Part shown: one piece after another, positions 38,336 to 47,727 of the stretch
Position numbering within the stretch: the stretch's first letter is position 1
Layout of the letters: each line of letters starts with the position of its first letter
Assembly: GCA_963169855.1 (NCBI GenBank)
Contig: CAUJCN010000002.1
Location: forward strand, 581,608-645,607
Length of the DNA stretch: 64,000 nucleotides
DNA from: Patescibacteria group bacterium
GTDB lineage: Bacteria; Patescibacteriota; Dojkabacteria; J137
Direction: 5' to 3'
Notes under the pieces: model-generated
The model's database searches: none
The model's input: the letters and a program-made list of their open reading frames with translations, nothing else
Told to the model about the DNA's origin: nothing
Made by a program: the position numbers and the translations under genes

Positions 38336-39355
38336 TTAAATATTGAAAATTGGCTTTATTATTCCCACAGCAACTAAAGCAGCGGTAAAGTTAAATATAG
38401 CAAATAGGATAATTATAAATCCTGCAATTTTAAAGAATAATCCTGAATGCATACTTTTTGAAAACTTAGTTGAAGCAAAACTAATTAAGGCAAGCATAGG
38501 CAAAGTCCCTAAAGCAAAGACTAACATTGTAATAGCTCCATTTATAAAACTTCCAGTGGTTAGAGAATAAAGCTGCATAGATTGAGTAAACCCACACGGT
38601 AAAAAGAATGTAACAACTCCTAACAAAATTGGTGTTAAGAAGTTATTTGTTTCTCCAATTTTCATAGCTCTTTTTCCAATAAACTTAGGCATTCGAAGTT
38701 GTAGCTTTTTTGCTGAAGGTAATATTTCAAGCAAGTTGATTGCCATAACAATCATCACAATAAACAATGCTAGATTTAAGATAAATGTCATTATAGGAGT
38801 TAGTACAAAAGCTGAACCCAATAAACCAATTAAACCTCCTAAAAGAAAGAATCCTACGATTCTTGAAATATGAAATAAAACCATTGATTTAGCTTGCTTT
38901 TCTTTTGCATAATTTGATGAGAGTGATAGTACTAATCCTCCAACTACAGCCATACAAGTGGATAGTGAAGCAACTACACCTATTAAAAATACAAATGGTA
39001 GAGTAATTTGTCCATCACCTGAAGCTAGGTTAATTATCCCAGACTTTTGGAGTAATAAAAATCCTCCAAAAAAGCCAATTGCAATTAGCAAACTTAAAAA
39101 GAGTTCCTTCTTACTCCCGCTTGTGACATTTTGTTTAGTGTTTACAATCCTATAACCCTCATTCTCTATAAGTTTGCTTAGCTCTACAGCATCTAATTCT
39201 CTTTCTGACTGAATATAAATTTTACTTTCATTTAGCTTTGCATCAACCTTCTTTACTCCAGCTACCTTAGAAAGTTTTTTTTCAATTAAAAGTTCACATG
39301 CCGCACAATGCATTCCTTCAACAAAAAACTCACATGATTTAAGTTCACCTTCCAT
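38336..39355 (-). CDS. HMA domain + DsbD_2/TauE-like membrane protein
   Basis: GMHCAAC; STCMAVVGG; LPCGFT; FALGTLP. Confidence 0.85.
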   Translation of the reverse strand: MEGELKSCEFFVEGMHCAACELLIEKKLSKVAGVKKVDAKLNESKIYIQSERELDAVELSKLIENEGYRIVNTKQNVTSGSKKELFLSLLIAIGFFGGFLLLQKSGIINLASGDGQITLPFVFLIGVVASLSTCMAVVGGLVLSLSSNYAKEKQAKSMVLFHISRIVGFFLLGGLIGLLGSAFVLTPIMTFILNLALFIVMIVMAINLLEILPSAKKLQLRMPKFIGKRAMKIGETNNFLTPILLGVVTFFLPCGFTQSMQLYSLTTGSFINGAITMLVFALGTLPMLALISFASTKFSKSMHSGLFFKIAGFIIILFAIFNFTAALVAVGIIKPIFNI

Positions 39356-39357
39356 AT

Positions 39358-41706
39358 TTAAATTTTAATAGTTTTTAATCTTAATGAATTAGATACAACG
39401 GAAACGCTACTTAGAGCCATAGCTAACCCAGCAAATATTGGATTTAATAATATTCCAAAGAATGGAAATAACAATCCTGCTGCAATAGGTATTCCTACAA
39501 TGTTATAGGCAAATGCCCAGAATAAATTCTGCTTTATTGCCCTCATTGTAAATTTAGAGAGTTTAATTGCTTGTAGAACCTTTGAAAAATCACCCTGTAA
39601 TAGGGTTATTTCAGCCGATTCTATGGCAACATCTGTTCCAGTATCCATTGCAATTCCAACATCAGATTGTGCTAAAGCAGGGGCATCATTTACTCCATCT
39701 CCAACCATTGCAACCATATCTCCTTTGGATTGCAATTCTTTAACTTTATCAGCCTTTTCATTTGGTAGCACCTCTGCAATCACTTCATCAATGCCAATTT
39801 GCTCAGCAATAAATTTAGCAGTCTTTTCATTATCTCCAGTTAACATAACTACCTTTATTCCAAGTCTATGCAACTCTTTTACTGTTTCTTTAGCACTTTC
39901 TTTCAAAGTATCTGCTACACCTACTATTGCTAGAATTTCCTTTGAAGTCGCTAAAATTACTGGAGTTTTACCTTGTTCTGTATATCTCGCAATTTGCTCT
40001 TTATCAAAAGATAAACTTAAATCATCAATCAATCTTAAGTTTCCCGCAAAGTATTCTTCACCATTAATTTTACCTTTTAAACCTTTACCTTCAATAATTT
40101 CAAAATCTGAAACCGTTAATATTTCGATATTCTGAGACTTTGCTCTATCTAAGATAGCTTTAGCAATAGGATGCTCTGAGTTTTTTTCTAAAGAAACCAA
40201 AACTTTCAACATCTCTTCATCACTTTTAAATTGGCTACTTAATAAAGAAATATCAGTTACTTCTGGCTCACCTTTAGTTAACGTTCCAGTTTTATCAGTA
40301 ACGATAGTATTTACTTTGTGAAGCTTTTCCAAACTTTCGGCGTTCTTAATTAAAATTCCGTTCTCAGCCCCTTTTCCTGTTCCCACTATAATGGCAGTTG
40401 GAGTAGCTAAGCCCAATGCACATGGACAAGCTATAACCAAAATACCCACAAAACATAATAATCCTAATGATAACGCTTCTGTAAATGGCATAAATTGAGA
40501 ACCGATAACCAGCCAAACAATAAGAGTAATCACAGCAAGTATCAAAACGATAGGAACAAATACTGCTGAAATTCTATCTGCCAATCCTTGAATAGGAGCC
40601 TTTGAACCTTGAGCCTCATCAACCATTTTGATTATGTGAGAAAGTAGAGTTTCTGAACCTACTTTTGTAGCCTTAAATTTAAATGTTCCTTGTTTATTAA
40701 TAGTTCCTCCTATTACCTTATCTTCTACATCTTTATCAATTGGCATTGACTCACCTGTAATCATAGATTCATCTACAGTAGACTTTCCTTCAAGAATTAC
40801 ACCATCTACAGGGATTTTGCTTCCTGGCTTTACAATTACTACGTCACCAGCTTGTACTTGTTCAATTGGAATCTCTAACTCTTTTCCATCTCTTTCCACT
40901 AAGGCAGTTTTAGCTTGTAAGTTTAATAATTTTTCAATTGCTTCACCCGTTCTTAGCTTAGACCTAGTTTCTAAAAATTTTCCTAAATAAATAAATCCTA
41001 TTACCACTATTACAACATCGAAATAAACCATATCTGGTAAATTCAATAATTCTTTAATTGGTGGAAATAGAACCAATAAAGCGCTGTATAAATATGCAGT
41101 CAGAGTCCCTATCCCAACTAACGTATACATATTTGCAACCCTATATTTTGCAAATACGACAACCTCTTTTAAAAAGTCTTTCCCAATCCAGAACAAAACA
41201 ACTGTAGATAATATTAAAGACAGCATTTGGAAAAGTTCATGAGGCAAAAAGAATAAGGGGAACCAATTAAATGCTTGGCTTGCTATCTCCCACAACATTA
41301 AAACAAAAATAAAAATAGTTATTGGCATAACAAATTCAACTTTTTTTTGTTGTTCAGCTAAGTCTTTAAGCTTATCTTCTTTTGATTGATTTAACCCTAG
41401 GTGAGCTGAATGGTCCATGCCTGACATATTATGCATTTCATGATTTGCCATAACTGTTCCATCTGGCATCTGATGCATATCATGGTTTGTCTGTTCCGAT
41501 TGAAGTGAATATCCAAAAGGCTCTATTTCTTTACTCAATTCTTCAACTGTTGTTGCAGCAGGGTCAAATTCAATCTTTGCTTTCTCATTACCATAATTTA
41601 CCTCACAGTTGATTACACCCTTAGACTTCTTTAAAGTTTTTTGAATAGTTATTGCACAACTTGCGCAATGCATGCCTTTTACTGGAATTGTTAATTCTTG
41701 ATTCAT
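39358..41706 (-). CDS. copA: Copper-translocating P1B-type ATPase
   Basis: GMHCASC, TGES, CPC, DKTGT, SEHP, GDGVNDAP, YN...MALSS. Confidence 0.95.
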   Translation of the reverse strand: MNQELTIPVKGMHCASCAITIQKTLKKSKGVINCEVNYGNEKAKIEFDPAATTVEELSKEIEPFGYSLQSEQTNHDMHQMPDGTVMANHEMHNMSGMDHSAHLGLNQSKEDKLKDLAEQQKKVEFVMPITIFIFVLMLWEIASQAFNWFPLFFLPHELFQMLSLILSTVVLFWIGKDFLKEVVVFAKYRVANMYTLVGIGTLTAYLYSALLVLFPPIKELLNLPDMVYFDVVIVVIGFIYLGKFLETRSKLRTGEAIEKLLNLQAKTALVERDGKELEIPIEQVQAGDVVIVKPGSKIPVDGVILEGKSTVDESMITGESMPIDKDVEDKVIGGTINKQGTFKFKATKVGSETLLSHIIKMVDEAQGSKAPIQGLADRISAVFVPIVLILAVITLIVWLVIGSQFMPFTEALSLGLLCFVGILVIACPCALGLATPTAIIVGTGKGAENGILIKNAESLEKLHKVNTIVTDKTGTLTKGEPEVTDISLLSSQFKSDEEMLKVLVSLEKNSEHPIAKAILDRAKSQNIEILTVSDFEIIEGKGLKGKINGEEYFAGNLRLIDDLSLSFDKEQIARYTEQGKTPVILATSKEILAIVGVADTLKESAKETVKELHRLGIKVVMLTGDNEKTAKFIAEQIGIDEVIAEVLPNEKADKVKELQSKGDMVAMVGDGVNDAPALAQSDVGIAMDTGTDVAIESAEITLLQGDFSKVLQAIKLSKFTMRAIKQNLFWAFAYNIVGIPIAAGLLFPFFGILLNPIFAGLAMALSSVSVVSNSLRLKTIKI

Positions 41707-41720
41707 ATTTATAAAGGTAA

Positions 41721-42041
41721 TTATTTAATTCCGTACCACTTTTCTTTCCATTGCTTCATCATTTCAATTTCACTTGTTTGGGCGTTCATAATTTCATCTG
41801 CTAACCTAAGTACTTCTTCTCGATTTGACTTCATTTTTGCATCTTCAGCCATCTGTATAGCTCCTTCATGATGTTCAATCATTGCATCTATAAACCTTAA
41901 ATCGTATTTATCATCTGCATTTCCCAGATTATTACTATGCATCATGGATTGTTTTGCATATTCAGGGCTAACCATATATCCAATTCCCAAACCTAGCATT
42001 AAAGCGATTACAGCTAATGAAATAGCTAATAGTTTTGACAT
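41721..42041 (-). CDS. DUF305/CopM-like copper-binding protein
   Basis: DLRFIDAMIEHHEGAIQMA, AQTSEI. Confidence 0.85.
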   Translation of the reverse strand: MSKLLAISLAVIALMLGLGIGYMVSPEYAKQSMMHSNNLGNADDKYDLRFIDAMIEHHEGAIQMAEDAKMKSNREEVLRLADEIMNAQTSEIEMMKQWKEKWYGIK

Positions 42042-42044
42042 AAT

Positions 42045-42272
42045 TTAATTTTTAATATTTAAATTAGAATATTGGTAACTTTGTAAATCTTCCTTAAATG
42101 CCTTGTCTAAAAGTTGGTTAATTTCATCTTCTGATTTTGATGATTTAAATTCAGCAAAGTTGTTCTCTTGATTAACTTGAACTTCTTCCAGACCTACTTC
42201 TTCCAAAGACATCTTGATTAAATTTACACAGCCAGTACAATGTATTCCTTGTATATTTATTGAATATTGCAT
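42045..42272 (-). CDS. CopZ-like HMA metallochaperone
   Basis: GIHCTGC; 75 aa. Confidence 0.8.
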   Translation of the reverse strand: MQYSINIQGIHCTGCVNLIKMSLEEVGLEEVQVNQENNFAEFKSSKSEDEINQLLDKAFKEDLQSYQYSNLNIKN

Positions 42273-42289
42273 CTTATATTTACTTAAAA

Positions 42290-42697
42290 TTATGAAAATT
42301 TGATTTTGAAACTATACATTCCCATTGAGCACGTTCCGTCTATTTCTGTACCTGGTGCTTGAGCTGCAATAGGAAATTCTGTCTTACCGCTTGCAGGTAG
42401 CATCTTATTTATTCCAAGCTTAGGGATTGTAAAAGCTGAGCTGCAATCAAATGTACTATTTGTAGAAACTCTTAAAATTGTTTCTTTATTAGCTTCTGCT
42501 GTAATTACTGAAGGTGAATAGCCACCTTTAGCTGTTAAATCTATTATCTGCTTATCTCCTGAAGTAGAAACTGCATTCACATTGCCATTTGGTGTAGACT
42601 CTGGTTTATTTGAAAACAGAAAGAACCCTCCAACAATCAGAACTAAAATAACAATTGCTATCAAAATATTATTCGCTACGGACTTTTTAACTTCCAT
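42290..42697 (-). CDS. Membrane-anchored cupredoxin-domain protein
   Basis: GGYSP, DCS, CSMGMY. Confidence 0.82.
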   Translation of the reverse strand: MEVKKSVANNILIAIVILVLIVGGFFLFSNKPESTPNGNVNAVSTSGDKQIIDLTAKGGYSPSVITAEANKETILRVSTNSTFDCSSAFTIPKLGINKMLPASGKTEFPIAAQAPGTEIDGTCSMGMYSFKIKFS

Positions 42698-42718
42698 ACA
42701 AATTAAATAAAATATAAA

Positions 42719-42991
42719 TTATTTAAGGTCGAATATTTTCACTAACTCACTGATAGCTTTTGTTCTATCTTCTTTGAGTTTATCTTCTAAACAATGGTCC
42801 AGGTGCCCTAATAAAAGAGTCTTCTTTGAAGATTGAAGTAAACCTATTGCAGCATCTATCTGCTGGATAATTTCTGGACAATATTTATCTTCCTCAATCA
42901 TTTGCAATATTTTATTTACAGTTCCTAGCGATTTTTTTACCGACAGTGAGGCTTTTTGTTTATCAACTCTTGGTTCTTGGTTGTGATGCAT
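42719..42991 (-). CDS. csoR: CsoR/RcnR metal-sensing repressor
   Basis: MIEEDKYCPEIIQQI...HLDHC; ATG 42991. Confidence 0.85.
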   Translation of the reverse strand: MHHNQEPRVDKQKASLSVKKSLGTVNKILQMIEEDKYCPEIIQQIDAAIGLLQSSKKTLLLGHLDHCLEDKLKEDRTKAISELVKIFDLK

Positions 42992-43016
42992 AATTTCAAA
43001 ATAATATATTAAACGT

Positions 43017-43058
43017 ATACCTGTGGTATAGGTTATTAAATTATACAAAAGGTGTCAA
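43017..43058 (-). promoter_or_regulatory. cop operon promoter with probable CsoR operator
   Basis: TTGACA-17nt-TAACCT on minus strand, overlapping the imperfect palindrome ATACCTGTGGTATAGGTTAT. Confidence 0.6.
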
Positions 43059-43246
43059 TAGAGAAAATGCTTCAGAAGTGAGGGTTAAAAGGAGTGATAT
43101 AATTAATAGAATTTAATAAAAGTTCCATTGAGGGCTGGAGGATAATTCAAATAAGGTTCTAACATAGTCCAGTGCTCTCCGCCAAACTGCGCTAAAGCTT
43201 CGTTTGACTTCGCATTTTACTGCGCAAGATCTGCTAAAATATTCTT

Positions 43247-43555
43247 ATGGCAAATAAAATTTCTGGAGGGGTAGCTCACAAAATCACTGCAGACATAAAA
43301 GTCGCTTTAAGTTCCGATTCTAAAGCACTAGCTGCATGGGAAAGTCTAACTCCCCTTGCTCGTAATGAATGGATCTGCTGGGCAACTTCAGTAAAAAGAC
43401 AAGAGACTAGAGAAGAACATATCGTTCGGATGATAAAGGAACTAAAGCAAGGGGAGAGGAGACCGTGTTGCTGGTATGGTTGTATTCATAGAAAAGATAA
43501 AGCAGTTAGCCAATCGGTACAGAATGTTGTATTAAATAGATTAAAAAAAAGGTAA
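43247..43555 (+). CDS. YdeI/OmpD-associated family protein
   Basis: WESLTPLARNEWICW..SVK...TR...RRPCCW. Confidence 0.8.
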   Translation: MANKISGGVAHKITADIKVALSSDSKALAAWESLTPLARNEWICWATSVKRQETREEHIVRMIKELKQGERRPCCWYGCIHRKDKAVSQSVQNVVLNRLKKR

Positions 43556-43849
43556 TTACTTATTAGTCTTTTCCTTCTTTCCTTCTAAGTTCAAAGTGTT
43601 TGATTCGTCACGATGAACTCCTTTGCTTCCAACATGTTTGTCACCTATTTTTGCTCCGTTCTTGATTACGTAAACAATTGCCATTGCGTGTCCTCTTCCT
43701 AATCGAAAATCATTTTTCAACCATTCAACAATTTGACCAGCTTTGGTTTCCGGAGTATCAAGCCCTTTTTCCTTTGCAAGTTTAATAAAATCATTTGGAG
43801 TTTTTCCTGTTTTCTCTTCAATATTGTCTAGGTAAGCTTGAAATGACAT
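43556..43849 (-). CDS. DUF4287-family protein
   Basis: MSFQAYLDNIEEKTGK, WLK.DF.LGRGHAMA. Confidence 0.8.
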   Translation of the reverse strand: MSFQAYLDNIEEKTGKTPNDFIKLAKEKGLDTPETKAGQIVEWLKNDFRLGRGHAMAIVYVIKNGAKIGDKHVGSKGVHRDESNTLNLEGKKEKTNK

Positions 43850-43879
43850 AAAGTTTGGTTAATAGGTACCTTCGTATAC

Positions 43880-43953
43880 TGTACCCAGGAGGACTCGAAC
43901 CTCTAACCTTTTCTTCCGCAAAGAAATGCTCTATCCAGTTGAGCTATGGGTAC
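43880..43953 (-). tRNA. tRNA-Arg(GCG)
   Basis: Minus strand GTACCCATAGCTCAACTGGATAGAGCA-TTTCT-TTGCGGA-AGAAA...GGTTCGAGTCC; no encoded CCA. Confidence 0.93.
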
Positions 43954-44015
43954 ATCATGAGATTATACCACTATCAAGATTATCAGGATTCTATATACTC
44001 ATGATATAATTAGAT

Positions 44016-44930
44016 ATGTCTGAAAAGGGTTCAAATTTAGATGGGTATGAACTTATAAACAAGAACGAAGTTTTTTTTCGTTATAGAAGTATCGCATTTT
44101 CTAACGATGGAATGAACATCCATGGAAATTCTATATTGTTTGGTCCGACAATAGCAACAAGCCATAGGGCAAAGTTAATTATCAGGCTGGTATTGGCACA
44201 CAGAGTTATTACGGATCTGTATACCTTGGAAAGATTTCTAAAGAGAGCAGAGGCTTCAGTGGTAGCAGGTTTTTCTGTTTTTGATGCATTACCTGCGTCC
44301 ATTCAAAATGGTATGTTTGGAGTGTTCACACGTAATGTTATTGGCATATTATGTGGAGAAAGTTCTAAAAACAACGCAGTAAATAGATTCCAAAAATTTC
44401 CTACAGAAGACATAGAAAAGTTTATTAAATTTGCGGAATTTAAAACAAAACTTACTCAGGTAACGGTTTCGGAGTATTACAGATATAAGGAGTCCCCAAA
44501 TTATTCTTTAGAAATGATGGGTGACAAAAAGTACCGAGATGTTTTTGTAGAACTTGTCTGTGAGAAATTAAATGGTTTATTTGCCAAGTGTTTTCCTGAA
44601 TATTCAGAAGACACATCTACAACTGCAAAAGTCCAGACTGCTATTCAAGAAGAAGTTTCGAATGCATACTATCAATTTAATCGAACGGCCTTTGGTAAAA
44701 GAAAAGAATCTTCTCCAGTTGTAACTTTAAGTTCAAAAATGGATTATCCTCAATACTCTACAGTTTACACATTAGCTGGGGAAGAAATAGCAAATACACT
44801 GGGAAAAGTTGAACTGATCTATGTAGACAAAGACCATCGAGAAATGTACCGATCTTTTTCTTCTTGTCCTTTTACAGATGTAGATGTTGAGTTAGGTTCG
44901 GTGCATATTAGATGTCCAATTGAACATTAA
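44016..44930 (+). CDS. Hypothetical protein
   Basis: 304-aa ORF; TATAAT 5 nt before ATG. Confidence 0.6.
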   Translation: MSEKGSNLDGYELINKNEVFFRYRSIAFSNDGMNIHGNSILFGPTIATSHRAKLIIRLVLAHRVITDLYTLERFLKRAEASVVAGFSVFDALPASIQNGMFGVFTRNVIGILCGESSKNNAVNRFQKFPTEDIEKFIKFAEFKTKLTQVTVSEYYRYKESPNYSLEMMGDKKYRDVFVELVCEKLNGLFAKCFPEYSEDTSTTAKVQTAIQEEVSNAYYQFNRTAFGKRKESSPVVTLSSKMDYPQYSTVYTLAGEEIANTLGKVELIYVDKDHREMYRSFSSCPFTDVDVELGSVHIRCPIEH

Positions 44931-44937
44931 TTTCCAG

Positions 44938-45489
44938 CTATAGTTTCATGTACTTATCGATTTCTTGATAGTCTCCATTAATAATCTTAGACAGGAAATT
45001 AAAGCCTACTTCTTCCTTTCTACCGTAATCAGTATATTTCAGAAGGACTTCGAATATTTCCTGGTCTTTTCCTTCGTCATCAACAATCATAGAGATTCTT
45101 TTAGTGACTTTGCTTCCTTCGATTGGCTGTTCTAAGTGAAGAATCTTAACTCCATTTTTATCTGAAAACCAGAAGTTAGAAATTTCCTTCCATTTATAAA
45201 GATTATCAAATGCTCGAACCCCAATTGTAGTTATTGAGTGATCAACAATTTTTGGTGGAATGTATGCTTGAGCAAACCATAAAAACATAAAGGCAAGAAC
45301 GCCTAGAATCATTATGAACTCACCAAGAATTGCTAGTGCTGAAATAATTAATACAAAAAACAAGCTATAGGCTAAGTACCAGCTTCGATCTCTTTTCTCC
45401 CAGTATCTTTCCGGCGAAGACCAAGTTACTAAATTCTTAAATACAATTTTCTCGTTATCTTGAAGACTTGTGTGTAAACCTGTGTTCAT
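44938..45489 (-). CDS. Two-TM conserved hypothetical protein
   Basis: WSSPE..KRDRSWY, 2 TM, Y.W.EI..FW; ATG 45489. Confidence 0.7.
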   Translation of the reverse strand: MNTGLHTSLQDNEKIVFKNLVTWSSPERYWEKRDRSWYLAYSLFFVLIISALAILGEFIMILGVLAFMFLWFAQAYIPPKIVDHSITTIGVRAFDNLYKWKEISNFWFSDKNGVKILHLEQPIEGSKVTKRISMIVDDEGKDQEIFEVLLKYTDYGRKEEVGFNFLSKIINGDYQEIDKYMKL

Positions 45490-45711
45490 ACAATCAGTAT
45501 AAGGGAAAAAGGCCAAAGGTTAAAGATGAAAGGCTAAAAGATAGAAGTCAAAACCCTTCTCCAAAATTTCGCCCAGAGGCACTCGAAGGACATAGGGTAA
45601 GAAGTGTAAGGTTAAGAAAGATTCAAGCGATAAAGTGATCCTGTTGAGAAACCCGAGAACTCATCTGGGCTAAAAGCCCATCTTCCCGTTCTCAAAGTAA
45701 AGAAAGTACAA

Positions 45712-47571
45712 TTATTGTTCTTGCGGTACAGGGTTTGCTGTAGGTTTCTCTTCAACTTTATTTAGATTAGAAGCTGGAATCGAAATTACTTTCTTTGGCT
45801 TTCTCATCAATTTATTAAGTACAAATTTGACCAATTTATATGCCACCGGAACGATTAATAAGAAAGCGATTAAAACAATTAGTGGATTCATCAAATCTTT
45901 ATTCCTTTCGTAAAAGTTTTTAATTCCATTCAATCCAAATTGGATTGCCATTTCTCTGGATCTGGCAGCACCATTACTTTCCGGATAATTGTTTAAAACT
46001 TCTTCCTGCGACATTCCTGTAAGTTCAGTTTCAGATGGAACGACTCTAAGTTGTCGATCTTCTAAAGTTCCTAAGTCACCTACATAAGCAACTTCGACTG
46101 GAGCAGGGGTATTAGGATTGTCACTCGCTATGTGAATGTAAAAGTGATTTAAGTCTCCACCTATAAGTTCTGGGGCACTTTCTCCCCAGGTTGTATCAAC
46201 ACTAACCCAACCGAGTTCGGGGATATAAACTTCTACCCACTGGTGCTCAGAAGAATCCGAGCTATCAATTCCAGTGTACCCATATCCGAATACAGCTCTC
46301 GCAGGAATCCCAACCGATCTCAGCAAGGCAATGTACAGATCTGAATATTCCATACAAACTGCAGCTCCGCCACGAAGAGTTGTTAATGCTCCTTGTCTTT
46401 CGTTAATTCCAAATCTTTTAACATTGCTGTAGTCGATCTTGTCGATCACATACTCATAAAGTCTTTCTGCAATTTCGTAAACAGGAGACTTATCAGTAGT
46501 TAAATTACCTAGAGCAGAAATAGCCGCAGCTTTAACATCTGGCTCGTTGGCTTCCCAGAAATTTGCAGATTGTGTGTTCTCCTGAATAACCTCTGCAGGA
46601 ATTGCTGATAATAATCCAGTGTATCTGGAATAATCTATGCTAGTTTTTTTCAGTTTGGCAAATCCTTTAATCGAAATTTCTCCTTCTGTCGCAGCAGAGA
46701 TCGAAAATTCTGCAATTAAGTTTCCATTTTCATCTTTTCGAATCGAAGTTGGAGCAGGGGAGAATGATTCAAAAAATACTGACTGCTCAATATTACCGCT
46801 CTTTATGTTTCTTGGAATAATTAATTTGAAAGTATTTGCTCCAAAAATAAAGTCACTAGATTTTTGATATTTCTGAATAATTTCGAATTCATAAGTTTGA
46901 TCAGTACCAATTTCTATCCATCCACTTCTTCCTAAAAGATCTTCTTGTTTAAATCGAACATAGTAATAAGTTGCATCTTGAGTTACTTCGCCATTAGGTA
47001 TAGCAAAACTTAAACTTCCTAAAGTTTTTGGAATTTTCACCAAAGTGTTAATGACTTCTCTTCGATTGCCATCGTTGAAAACAAAATCAGTTGAGAGCCC
47101 AGGTATGAATACGTCTCTAACTTTTCCACTTTTATAAATTATTCCCTTAGACCTATATCCAACATAAACTGTAAAAGGTGTTCCTGCTTCGATATTTCTA
47201 TCGAAAGTCACACGAAGGTTTGGATTTGTGCCAGTTTCTTCAATTCTGTAATTAGTGTATGCAGATCCATTCGCTCTTGTTATAGAAAGACTATTCAAGG
47301 TATCGGGCACATTGCTTATTAGTTCTTCGTCGGGTCGAATGTCTGCAAAAAGTGTTGTTAAATCTTCGTTTCCAGCAGCAATGTAAATATCAGACTGATC
47401 GATATTGATTGTTCGTTTCTCTGTTACTTGAACGTAATCATCTACAACCTCATAAGTTCTATCAATAGTTCTTGTGTATTGTTGAGCAGAAACAATGTTA
47501 GCCAACAAAAAGAACCCAGAAACGGGCAATAAAGCTACTATCAATTTGTATCCAGTTACAGTGAATTTCAT
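45712..47571 (-). CDS. Surface transglutaminase-like protein
   Basis: Signal peptide; VCMEYSDL, GIPAR, HQWVEV, W..VDTTW; C-terminal TM. Confidence 0.88.
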   Translation of the reverse strand: MKFTVTGYKLIVALLPVSGFFLLANIVSAQQYTRTIDRTYEVVDDYVQVTEKRTINIDQSDIYIAAGNEDLTTLFADIRPDEELISNVPDTLNSLSITRANGSAYTNYRIEETGTNPNLRVTFDRNIEAGTPFTVYVGYRSKGIIYKSGKVRDVFIPGLSTDFVFNDGNRREVINTLVKIPKTLGSLSFAIPNGEVTQDATYYYVRFKQEDLLGRSGWIEIGTDQTYEFEIIQKYQKSSDFIFGANTFKLIIPRNIKSGNIEQSVFFESFSPAPTSIRKDENGNLIAEFSISAATEGEISIKGFAKLKKTSIDYSRYTGLLSAIPAEVIQENTQSANFWEANEPDVKAAAISALGNLTTDKSPVYEIAERLYEYVIDKIDYSNVKRFGINERQGALTTLRGGAAVCMEYSDLYIALLRSVGIPARAVFGYGYTGIDSSDSSEHQWVEVYIPELGWVSVDTTWGESAPELIGGDLNHFYIHIASDNPNTPAPVEVAYVGDLGTLEDRQLRVVPSETELTGMSQEEVLNNYPESNGAARSREMAIQFGLNGIKNFYERNKDLMNPLIVLIAFLLIVPVAYKLVKFVLNKLMRKPKKVISIPASNLNKVEEKPTANPVPQEQ

Positions 47572-47727
47572 CTGGGTAAATTATACAATTTATAGTATAT
47601 AATGACGATGTTCAGTAAAAATCGGTGTACATGAGAAAAGACACGAAAGTACAAAATTCGAAGATTGAAAAAGTCATCTGGCCCTAAATTATTAATCTAA
47701 AGACCTTTTGCTTCTAGCACTTTAATT

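Larger units (their letters stand above)
38194..43245. mobile_element. tRNA-Ser-anchored copper-resistance islet bounded by 78-bp direct repeats; no integrase
   Basis: 38194-38271 vs 43168-43245: 9 mismatches by hand alignment; includes tRNA 3' end. Confidence 0.8.

Noticed and set aside
38110-38339. ORFs 38110-38322 and 38130-38339 (also 58668-58862)
   Set aside because: They overlap tRNA genes; spurious translations
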